Shown here piece after piece: positions 10,939 to 21,925 of a stretch of DNA of 64,000 bases. Each line of letters begins with the position of its first letter. The first letter of the stretch is position 1. The translations under genes were made by a program, and so were the position numbers. The notes below the pieces were generated by a model. The model was not told where the DNA came from and ran no database searches. It saw only the letters and a list, made by a program, of their open reading frames with translations. This stretch comes from Lytechinus pictus (lineage: Eukaryota), in NCBI RefSeq assembly GCF_037042905.1, contig NC_087263.1:10850001-10914000 (forward strand), written 5' to 3'.

Positions 10939-13900
10939 GCGATGGTATGTGACGGTTGATATATTATTATTATCATGATTTTGGAAATAACGTTTGGACA
11001 GATTTTCATTCAAAGTTTCCTCGCATTTACAAAGCCTTAAGTGGGTTTTTTTCTCAGCGAACATGCATATTCACCAATCATTTTAATTGCTGTAGCATTG
11101 GCTGTGAAAGAAATGATGTAGGAGACAGAATAGATTGCAAATATGTTTGTATCCAGATTATAACGATAATAAGCCTCACAACATTCACGAAGGATGTGCT
11201 ATTTTAAAGGTCCCGCTTAACCAGATATTGACAGCTCTCATCAGACATAAATAAGGTGGAAACAATTGCAGTTCATAAAATAAATAGAAAATGAATATCC
11301 CTGGGATTTTCCCCAAGATGAGAAGAGGAAATGAAGGAGATAAAGGGGTGGGGAGTTTAAGAAAATGGCGGAAGGAAGAGGAGGGAATTCATATTAAAAA
11401 ATGCTAATGATTCAATGTTTAAGATGTGCAGTCGTTAATTCATAAGTATTTCAAATTTCCTTTAACTGAAGATTCCATATTTCTTAAGAGTGCCTTCCGC
11501 TGCCATTTATCGTATTTCGATTTAGTCCCGTTGTCATGATTTCTTGGAAAAAAAATACAAGAACAAGAACTGTGAAAGAAACTTGCTTTTCCAACCTCGC
11601 CCATTTTTTGTATTAAGTTTTCATTTGTCATCAAATAATTATATCTTTACAAAGTAATATATATATAGATACATTGAGAACTCATATAAAATTATTTAAC
11701 AATTTACATTTTCTCTTTTTTTTTTCTTGAGTGCTACAATAAAACCTACTAAACTCAACGAACTCAAATCCCTTTTCTCGTGTCAAATATTCACAACATA
11801 AAAATATTTTTTCCAAATACAATAAAACTTTAATAAACTCTAAGCGAATTGATTTTGATTTTGATTTTGATTTATTGTTTTCTTCTGCATCCATAACATT
11901 CGTATAATACATTTTTCATAACATAATAAACATAATATGCTAGCATTTTTGGCATGAATCATAAATAAAGAGTATTAAAAAGATAATTTCAGACAAAAAT
12001 GATTAACTATATGATATTCACAATTTGCAGGAGAAGGATTGTCATCATAAGCAGATTGCTTGAAAAAAATGACAATTGAAGCCATTATCAATGTTGCCGT
12101 AAAAAACCCATCATGTCCATCAGCTTGGCCTCATAAATCAACTATGTCTTATCTTAACAACAGAGTCTCAGCCTGTTGGACCGTACCCACCACCCCCAGC
12201 CAACCCATTTCTTTCGTTGATGATATATCAATAGATAAACACACACGTATAGGAACATTAATGAAAATCCATATATTCCTTGTGTATATATAATAATGAT
12301 AATAATGATAATGATAAAAAAAATCACAGAAGCAAAACAAAACACAAACCCCTCCCCACCCCATGGCCTGTTGTGTCCCTGCCCTCTACTCCTCCCCATA
12401 CCCCCCTCCCATGCTCTTTATCGTCACGACCTTCCCTTAACCCAAATAATCGATCCCAAAGGTGAACTTGCGTGCGTTAACTATGACCGAAGCCCGATAC
12501 GGCGTAGATAAGGGTCCCGCGTTACCGCGCTTATCACGTTTGGGACCTTCCCGCAATTTGAGGGCTATCACGACGTCAAATCAACGCATGTCACGAAGGT
12601 CGTTCACGGTCTAGCAGCTCGAATAACACCATGACTTTCGCGTTACCGTATAGGTCACGGTCGGCGGAAGAGTTTGTAGTACAAGTACACCCAATTGCTC
12701 TGGGAATGAGAACACAACCCCCGCTCCCAAACCGATGTAAGTTTATCATTATTAGCATGGGGAAACGAGTGACCCCCTTTTATTTTTGTTTAGTTGATCA
12801 AAAGCAACCAAACTTATAAAAAAAAAAACCAGATAGGGGAAAAGAAGAAGGAAGGGTATGCATATGACATAAACGGGTCAAAGAACTTGTTCTAACATTT
12901 TGATTGATGAAAGAGTGACGTCATGTCTCCGTTTGCCCCCTCCTCAATATAAATCGATGCTGCTTGTGGTTGTGGGTTAGGCTAAATACATGTTTCGGTG
13001 CATTATCACTTGGACAGTTCTAAATCTGTGTCAGTTTGTTATTCTGAATTTCATTTATAGATGTTTCAAGATGATAATCACAACAATGACAGGAACCAGA
13101 AATTAGTCAAGCCGAATGGACGAAATTCTCTAAGAACAAGTGCGCGCATTCATTTCACCCTGGTCGTTCCTATATGCAAGAATATTCACAAGTTGACAAA
13201 CGATGCTAGCCATGGTAAATTTTAGATGGCATTAAACCGAATTTGCGCTCTTCTGACGAAATTTGATAGGAGGCGTGCGGTATTGGTATACGTTGTACGA
13301 GGCAAAGGGCTCATATTTTCCATTACTCAGGCCGTCCACTTTCGACTGATATGTCTACCTTTCAGATACAGCGCACAAAACTAACCCGAAAAGTAAATAT
13401 TTGCTTTATGAACATGAAAATCTTGACACTTGTGTTTTTAGTCACGTCCACCAAATGGGTGAGGCATTGTTTAAATTTGAACAAATTGTTTAAAACTAAA
13501 TCGTCATTAAAATTGAAAATATTAATTGCTTAAAAGCAAGAAAACTCAGGCCATAACAATACAAAATGACAATTGTTTAATTTCCTTTAAACTCTTAAAG
13601 AGCAACCATAACCAGGTTACATGTTTAATTGTTTTACTATGTATGGGATTGATGTTTATAATTTCGTGGGGGTAAAATGCGACGTTGGTAGCTCACGAGC
13701 TTATCTCCTGAGCTAAGACTAAGATCTTCGTTTAACTCTAAAATATAAAAATTACCTGATTTCACTTTTTTTTTGTTTATTATGTTATTTAGATTTATTA
13801 TCGTGTTATGTATAGTATTAGTGCTTGTACTTTTTTCTTTACTCTGTCGTGTTATGTTTCTCATATTTTGCACAACTCTGAAACGAAAAATCAATAAAAT

Positions 13901-14951
13901 CCAAATCTAGATCTAAAGCTGGGTGGTTCTCAAGGCCAAATATTTACAAAAAAACTGTCTCCGATTTTTTTGTAATATTGATTGCTTCATATCTACTGTT
14001 TCATCCTTGCCTTGTGATCCACAGTGCATCTTGAATTCTTCTGATCAAAATTGAAAGCGATGCTTCACTAATGTAACCAAAATGGACGTATTCTTCCCTC
14101 AACCTAGCGATGATTACGCGGTAATGTAATTTTTGATGAAAATGTATTTACCACCGACGCTCTTCAGGAACAGAGTATAATGTAATAATGTACAGCTCCT
14201 AATTACGTCTGGAATTCTCCAGATTGGATCTGATTAGTAGTTCACTCTTCATTTATAGAGAGGAAGTGAGCAAAGTGAATTACAAACAGAGTAAAAGTAG
14301 TTATGAGACAATAAAAGCTCCAAAAACTTGTCATTTGTCTCCGTTCCTTCTTTCTTTCCTTTTCTATGTAGTTTTATGGCACGTCTTCTTGTTAACGGCT
14401 TATTCACATCCATCTGTGTGTGTGGGTGGGGGTGGGGTGGGGGTGGGGGGTTGTAGGTGTGTGCACATATATAGATTTATACTAACAAAATAATGTGTGT
14501 TCCTCGTAACGGAATACCTAGTATGTGTAAAGTTTACAACTTTCTTGAATGTTTTGAATACATTGTTTATTATTATTATTACTATTTATATTGTTATCAT
14601 TACTAATCTTATCATTTTATCATAAATAATTGCACACTACGTATTTCATCAAAATGAAAAAAAATACCAAAGCTCTTTTAATGACCCCCCCCCCTCCTCC
14701 CTTTTTTATTACGGATGGTTCCGTTTACACCATCACGCCTACAAGAACATATGGAGTACATATACCCTCCCCCCTCTAAAAAAACAACCCTGGATCGGAA
14801 CCCATTGTATAAAACCATAGTAGCGGGTAGCCGGGTTAGACATTTTAATATCCTGCTTTGCTAAAAGCTATGCACTATAAATCATTTTTCCTCCTTTTTA
14901 TTGCCACTTATTAAGATAAAAATGGAAAATTCACAGAGTATTCAATTACCC

Positions 14952-15153
14952 ATGGGCTATATATCTACCGCACACCATATTAATGATTGATACCCTTATC
15001 AAACATTACATAGATATCTCGAGCGTCACATCGCGTTATTTTTGCGTTAAAACTGCGAATCTGTACTTTTCGTAATACATAAAATATATTTTTGAGAGGA
15101 TTTGTAATATTTTCCGTTGTGTTCTTTATCTAAATGGTGTCAATTTAGGTGTA
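14952..15153. repeat. Left copy of a perfect 202-bp direct repeat (putative target-site duplication)
   Basis: Identical to 15952-16153 (ATGGGCTATATATC...CAATTTAGGTGTA). Confidence 0.95.
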
Positions 15154-15234
15154 TGTGTGTGTGGGGGTGTGTGTATGGTGGCAGGTCATTTGGAAGAGTG
15201 TCATATTGTTATGATTACATGTTTTTTTCGCAGT

Positions 15235-15951
15235 AGTTAAGGTGTGTGTGTATTTGACTTTTGTCAGACGTGTATCAATCAGATATGATTATTTACGTCA
15301 CCTTTAACGTCACCATCCGAAAGACGTGACCAGGGATCGAACTTCGAACCTCTGCATCAATTTGTAACTTCCCCACAGCTTGGATTACAGGCGCACGCCA
15401 CGCCAGTTAAGGTGTGTGTGTGTATTTGAGTTTTGTCAGACGTGTATCAATCAGATATGATTATTTACGTCTGGGACCGACCTTTAACGTCACCATCCGA
15501 AAGACGTGACCAGGGCTCGAACCTCGAACCTCTGCATCAATTTGTAACTTCCCCACAGCTTGGATTACAGGCGCACGCCACAACGCCCAGTTAAGGTGTG
15601 TGTGTGTGTATTTGAGTTTTGTCAGACGTGTATCAATCAGATATGATTATTTACGTCTGGGACCGACCTTTAACGTCACCATCCGAAAGACGTGACCAGG
15701 GCTCGAACCTCGAACCTCTGCATCAATTTGTAACTTCCCCACATAGCTTGGATTACAGGCGCACGCCACAACGCCCCGTTAAGGTGTGTATTTGAGTTTT
15801 GTCAGACGTGTATCAATCAGATATGATTATTTACGTCTGGGACCGACCTTTAACGTCACCATCCGAAAGACGTGACCAGGGCTCGAACCTCTGCATCAAT
15901 TTGTAACTTCCCCACAGCTTGGATTACAGGCGCACGCCACAACGCCCAGTT
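15235..15951 (-). mobile_element. Tandem array of 4 chimeric SINE units (7SL/Alu-like head, B box, Deu/Nin-like core, (CA)n tail)
   Basis: Units are 15235-15404, 15405-15588, 15589-15776 and 15777-15947. Minus-strand unit: ACTGGGCGTTGTGGCGTGCGCCTGTAATCCAAGCTGTGGGGAAGTT...GAGGTTCGAGCCC...GTCTTTCGGATGGTGACGTTAAAGGTCGGTCCCAGAC...AATACACACACAC. Confidence 0.8.
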
Positions 15952-16153
15952 ATGGGCTATATATCTACCGCACACCATATTAATGATTGATACCCTTATC
16001 AAACATTACATAGATATCTCGAGCGTCACATCGCGTTATTTTTGCGTTAAAACTGCGAATCTGTACTTTTCGTAATACATAAAATATATTTTTGAGAGGA
16101 TTTGTAATATTTTCCGTTGTGTTCTTTATCTAAATGGTGTCAATTTAGGTGTA
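15952..16153. repeat. Right copy of the 202-bp direct repeat
   Basis: Identical to 14952-15153. Confidence 0.95.
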
Positions 16154-17304
16154 GGGATAAACAACAGGCTATATATAGTCCCATTTATTCATGCCATTGT
16201 TAAACAATTAATAGGCAAGATCTACCCTAAATGAAACGTGACAAAACTGAATCAATTCAGCTCATTCAGATAGCCATGATTGCCAATGGATGCACCTGAG
16301 TATCGATCGATACCGTTGGGGGTATTTTCGTCACTTCTACGCAATCGCACGATCGATAGCTAAAGAGTCATTATCTGGACGGCGGATTGAAAATAACCCC
16401 CGCCGGAGAAATCGGATCGGATTTAAATCGGAAACTGTATCGATTTGGAAATCAGTCATGAATTTGGGACGGCTGTTTCAATTACGTTACAGCATATGAC
16501 ACAAATTCTCACAGGAATACCGGAGAGACTAACTGAATGGGAGAAAAACGGGCCATGCAGAAATGTCCGGCGAGTATGTGTCAGTTTTAAACTTTTTATT
16601 TGTTGAAAAAGAAGGAAATACTAATGCATGCAATCATTGTTACGGATCTTATAACGTACATAAAATCGTGCCATGCCATTAGGAATTAAGACGATGATTA
16701 ACAATCCAGATTTATAATTGTATTAGGATTAGCTCTTTGTGCGTGTTTGACAATCGGATAAAAACGATAAATCAATTAATATCGCGAGAAAAAAATGCTA
16801 TTGATACGGAAAAATGATTCAATTTCGATGAATGAATTATTCTGCTTTCTTAGGGAAGCTAGAGTTGATGGCGTATATATGGAATGTGGCAGAATCGTAG
16901 GAGTAATGTTCGTAAAAATTCTATACAGGTCAATTCAATTGAGTCTAAATTTTCCATGTCTTGAACATGTTGAATGGGTTTGCAAAAATGAAGTTGTGAT
17001 ACTTTTGTGTACATTCTGTAATACGTCTACAACTCGTCTAATTGACCATGCTGACCCAAGTTATCTTTAAAATGTCTCTAAATTTGCGATATGATTACTC
17101 CTATCAAAGGGAGATAGAAATGTATTAAGCGGATATTGTTAGTCATAATTTAATACATATTTTTGATATTATAATGATGCAGTCAATCTAATTATTTTTT
17201 TTGTGTATATACAACATTGCATTATTCCAAAAGAGATTCTTTCATCAAATAAATAATGTCAATATCAAATTACACATTAAAACAGCTATCCGCATCATGT
17301 AGTT

Positions 17305-17912
17305 TTGAAGAGATGGTCCAGGCTGGGGATGTTTACATCTCAATAAATAGAGTAAAATTCACAAAGCAAAGTGCTGAAACTGTAATCAAAATCGGATCAC
17401 AAACAACGAAGTGATTAAATTTTGAAGATTTTCATTATTCTGGTTAAACAGTTCTAAGCATGTCTTCTTGAATATTCATTTGGTGGGCTATTGATGTCAT
17501 ATCCCCACTTGTTCTTTTGTATTATATTATTTGAAATTAGGTTTATTCAAAATTTTTCCACCAAGAACTAAAAATTGGATTGACAGCTGATTAAGTGCAT
17601 TAGTTATTTATTGCCGCTACTTATTTCATCATACTGGACACACATCATTTACACATGTATGAGAAAATGTAACAATTTATTTCATGTAATAACATAAGAA
17701 AAAGGAAAGTGGGAATATGACATCATGAGCCAACCTAGTGAAAATTCATGACGATGTGCATATAGCTGCTTTCACAAAATATTGATAAAGTTTAAAATTC
17801 AATAACTTTATTATTTGTTATCCAATTTAGATGAAATTTTCAGCATTTTGCTATGTAAATTTTACTCTATTTTTTTAAATATAAATATTTTCAGCCCGGA
17901 CAATCCCTCCAA
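17305..17912. mobile_element. Kolobok-type non-autonomous DNA transposon (degraded)
   Basis: Imperfect TIRs of over 100 bp (GAGATGGTCCAGGCTG...CAGCCCGGACAATCCCT) with TTAA-like flanks; related in design to 55379-55963. Confidence 0.65.
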
Positions 17913-19737
17913 TAACACTTGATGATAAATGCGCATTCTAGGTACAGACACAGACTCACACTCACTCAGCATCACTCTCAGGCGAACTTTAAATAAATAA
18001 TGACCTACTAGTTATATAGTATAAAACATTGAGACATCGTTCAGGGATAGGAGAATGATTTACAATTTATGAGAAATTAGCTAAGACAAAAATAAACGGC
18101 AAAGAACGCAGGTGTGAAGACACAAACGTTAAAATGTCATTAGCTGTCAAGGGGCTAATGGCGTCTCGACAATGTCTTATAGGTAATATGTCACCTTTTG
18201 TATTCTATGCAGCAGCAATTATTTATTTATATACCCCACATAAATCATGATATGTTCTTGATTTGTCAATGTAAATCCTCGCCATCCTCGCGCGAATATT
18301 TACGACCTTTTAACTGATGTTCATTACCAGACGCTTCCGCAGCCATAACATCATAACCCTGGATGTAATATGTCATTCATTGTACTACGTAGAAAATTGT
18401 AATATACATTGTAATGTACATTGCATTAAACATTGAAATGTCGTAATATACAACAGACTATACATCGTAACTTACATTGAAATAATTGTAACATATAATT
18501 GAATTTACATTGAAATATTTTGATGATGAAATATTATTTGATATTTTAATATATAAAATATCGTTTAATATCTTGATATATGGAACATCATTTAATGTGA
18601 TCCAAACTTTGGTTACTCTTGATGATAATAAAGGTGCATCTCCTGTGAGACTGCGTGCACACACTCTTCATACCAATCATATGAAGAAAAAACAAGTTCG
18701 TTGTACTCAAGTAAAGTTGGTAATGGTTTTCTAGCCTTGAGAAATGGTTTAGGTTCGCTTTAATTGTCCTCATTGTTGGCTCTACATGAAAGTTCTCTCA
18801 ACATGTATTTTTCCCCATTAGTTTTCGCGGTTTTACAATAATCATTTGTTTGCTTGAAAGAAGACAAATTTTCTACATTGAACGCGTATATTCCGATATA
18901 TTAAATGTCATTGATATTGTAAGGTTTGTGGACATATTTGGCAGTTCTACATGTTTTAGAAATCGTTAAAATGGAATGAATAAAAGTATACAAATACTGG
19001 TTTGCAGGATGAAGCAAATGTAAGTTAAAAAGAAAAAAAAAACACATTGTCATTGTTTGATTGTTATTGATTAACCTAATACACCTGCATGTACACTCTC
19101 TCGAAAAAGAAATGTTTAAATGTTAAAATGATATTCTTCAAATTTACTGTTACTTCGACATATCATGGCAAAGATTCATAAAACCAAAGTTAAATTGGTT
19201 ATAACTTCATTGTATAAAGATAGTTCAGGCTTTCCACTATAAATGACGTGTGATATACATTTATTATAGCAAGCGGTGTATTTTTTTAAAGTTTTTTTTT
19301 AATTTATTAATTAAAAAAGTCAAGTATAAGAAAAAGTGAAAGAACAGGAAGAAGAAAAGGGCCAGTCTAGTATCGAAGTACCTGCTCTTACCCCTGGACT
19401 TCCTTGAAAAACTTCTCTTTTGTCTGTCCACGTAATTTATCATAAATGTGTTAAATTGAACAGATATTCCCCGCAGAGTCCACGGGAATATTTTACCAGG
19501 CGTTATTTCGTCACTAATACCGGACGGGGAACCAATTACTATCACCCCCACTGCCAACCGGGATATCTATATGAAAGACACCCGATCCGGGCGATAATAA
19601 CCCTATTAATGTCATTATGGTGCACTAGCCAGTTACCGGTATAGAAAATGCTTGATTGAAAACAATATGGCATATACACGGCGTGCGCTTCCAAAAGGTT
19701 TGCTTCTTAAAGGTGATACTTAAAGACGGGATGGTGA

Positions 19738-19906
19738 NNNNNNNNNNNNNNNNNNNNNNNNNNNNNNNNNNNNNNNNNNNNNNNNNNNNNNNNNNNNNNN
19801 NNNNNNNNNNNNNNNNNNNNNNNNNNNNNNNNNNNNNNNNNNNNNNNNNNNNNNNNNNNNNNNNNNNNNNNNNNNNNNNNNNNNNNNNNNNNNNNNNNNN
19901 NNNNNN
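19738..19906. other. Assembly gap (169 N)
   Basis: Run of n next to a (GAT/GGT)n low-complexity tract. Confidence 1.
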
Positions 19907-20350
19907 GGTCATGATGATAATGATGATGGCAGTGGTTGTGGTGGTGGTCGTGGTGGTAATGATGGATGTGGTTGTGATGATAACAGTGGAAGTGGTGGTG
20001 ATGACGATAATAATGGCGGTCATGGTTTTGATGATCGTGGTGTTTGTGTTGATGATGACAAAGCAGCAATTATTCGCGTAGTGAAGTTGGTGATAATGAT
20101 AAAATGATAGTGATGATTATAATAACGCTTGTGGTAATGACGGAGAAATTGGATGTGGTGGTAATGGTTTGATGTTAAATGTATAATTTTTAATGCCTGC
20201 GTTAAAAGCCCACACTGTTCATAGCAGTGCTGGTGATGGCGATGGTGATGATGATGACGAGTGGATGATGATAAAGGTAGTACTGCCAGTAACGGTGATG
20301 TCAGTAAATTCAACAATGAGGCCAATGGTGTTGGTGGTGATGGCGATCAC
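19907..20350. repeat. Degenerate (GAT/GGT)n trinucleotide low-complexity region
   Basis: Direct reading; source of the spurious M/V/H-rich ORFs. Confidence 0.85.
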
Positions 20351-20362
20351 TACCACCATTGT

Positions 20363-20650
20363 GGGCGCGTCGTGGTCTAGTGGTTCTGACTCTCACTTTT
20401 CAAACGGAGGGTCGAGGGTTCGAATCCTATATAGCCATGGCGTGTTTTCCTTCAGCAATAAATTCATCCACACTGTGCTGCAATCGACCCAGGTGAGGTG
20501 TATTGGTACCCTGCAAGATTAAATCCTTGCAAGCACGAGCGCTGAAAGGCAGCTCGAGCTAAAGCTTGGGTAATAATAATAAGAATAACAATTCCCCTCG
20601 GAATAGATTGTTTCTAGATAGATGGCGCTATACAAATGCCTTTTATTATT
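20363..20650 (+). mobile_element. tRNA-derived SINE
   Basis: A box TGGTCTAGTGG, B box GGTTCGAATCC; same core and tail as 5967-6260. Confidence 0.85.
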
Positions 20651-20949
20651 TCAATAATGACTTGGTGATATTGAAGATAGTATTGTTAGTCCCTGAATCA
20701 AGTGTTACCGAAGGTGGGGTATGACAAGGTGTCATTGGTGTTTTCTTTAATGAAAATGATAATAATGTCGGTGATGACGAAAACAAAGTAGGAAGACATA
20801 AAATAACTCATTTAGCTCTGAATAAACGTATAGAGCTTAGTAAAATTATATGTAGACCATAGCGAATTAATACAACACGTATATTATGAGCTTAACTACG
20901 TTCTCATTTTCTGTTTAAAGACATATAAATCTTCTTTTTTGACTTACTT

Positions 20950-21464
20950 CTACATGTAGATATTTGTTCGTAACATGTAAAATCGCATTGCTAGACCCTG
21001 GGCATACTCGTGTGCGATTTTGTTATCATTTTTTTCTTTCATCAAACTGATAGGCGTTGCATGGTTTAACTTGAAGACACCCAACATCCGTATAGTCTGA
21101 TTACAAGTATTTTCATCATTACTGCAAAAACTGATTTGCACATCCTCTCTTTCACTGCCGATGTAGGTTGCATTCAGTATCATGTCTGGTAATCCCGATT
21201 GATTAAATGTCGTATCTAGTAACTGGGATAATCAACCAGATATTTAGTTTGATTCCAGCGTTGTTAACCAGTATGTCCTGCTCAGCAAACTCATCGTCCC
21301 ATTTTCGCCACTGGGATGTAGCCCGGAGGCGGTACCTCAAAAAAAAGGGCAACTATAGGTTTGCGAAGCAGCTTCTTTATGGCGGCCCTGACAACATTGT
21401 TCCTTTCAACAGTATGGTCAGGCGTCTGGTTTTACTATGTGACATAAAGGCCGTAGGGTTGAAC
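20950..21464 (-). pseudogene. Possible decayed coding exon (frameshifted) of unknown, perhaps extracellular, protein
   Basis: A poly-T/AG acceptor near 21465 is followed by protein-like frames joined by two 1-nt shifts: ...VVRAAIKKLLRKPIVALF / RYRLRATSQWRKWDDEFAEQDILVNNAGIKLNIW / QLLDTTFNQSGLPDMILNATYIGSEREDVQISFCSNDENTCNQT... Confidence 0.3.
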
Positions 21465-21634
21465 TAAAAAAAAAATCAATCTTAAAACTGACAGTTTGTC
21501 GTTAGTATATGGTTTTAAAGCAAGTGTATATTTTTAGAAAACATTATACGCACTAAAATGTAGGGGTTGAAATTTGAACGCTAGGGGTTGGTATATATGG
21601 CAGCATTACAAGGGCTGCTAATGAGAGTAATATC

Positions 21635-21925
21635 AATAATAATAATAATAATAATCATAATATAAAGCATTTATGAGGCGCCGATTTATCTAATTTCCTA
21701 TTCAATGGCACACTATATATTACCCCGGCTGTAGCTCGAGCTGCTAAAGGCGCTTGGTGCATTCAAGGAATTAATCCTGCCTGGTACCCATTCACCTCAC
21801 CTGGGTTGAGTGCAGCACAATGTGGATAATACTTTTTACTGAAGGAAACACGCTGTGGCTGGGATTCGAACCCACGTCCCTGTCATTGAAAGACGAAATT
21901 CGTAACCACTAGACCACGATGCCCC
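21635..21925 (-). mobile_element. tRNA-derived SINE
   Basis: A/B boxes, shared core and (TAT)n tail on the minus strand. Confidence 0.85.

Noticed and set aside
15235-15951. CRISPR array or human Alu contamination
   Set aside because: The units are full-length tandem copies with no unique spacers, and there are no cas genes. Alu/7SL similarity is confined to ~45 nt at about 75% identity and is fused to a non-primate core inside a target-site duplication.
19625-20522. Long ORFs rich in M/V/H/T
   Set aside because: They are products of the N gap, trinucleotide repeats and a SINE head.
21251-21277. DILVNNAGI as evidence of a short-chain dehydrogenase gene
   Set aside because: The surrounding sequence lacks the TGxxxGxG and YxxxK motifs, so it is kept only as an unidentified decayed segment.
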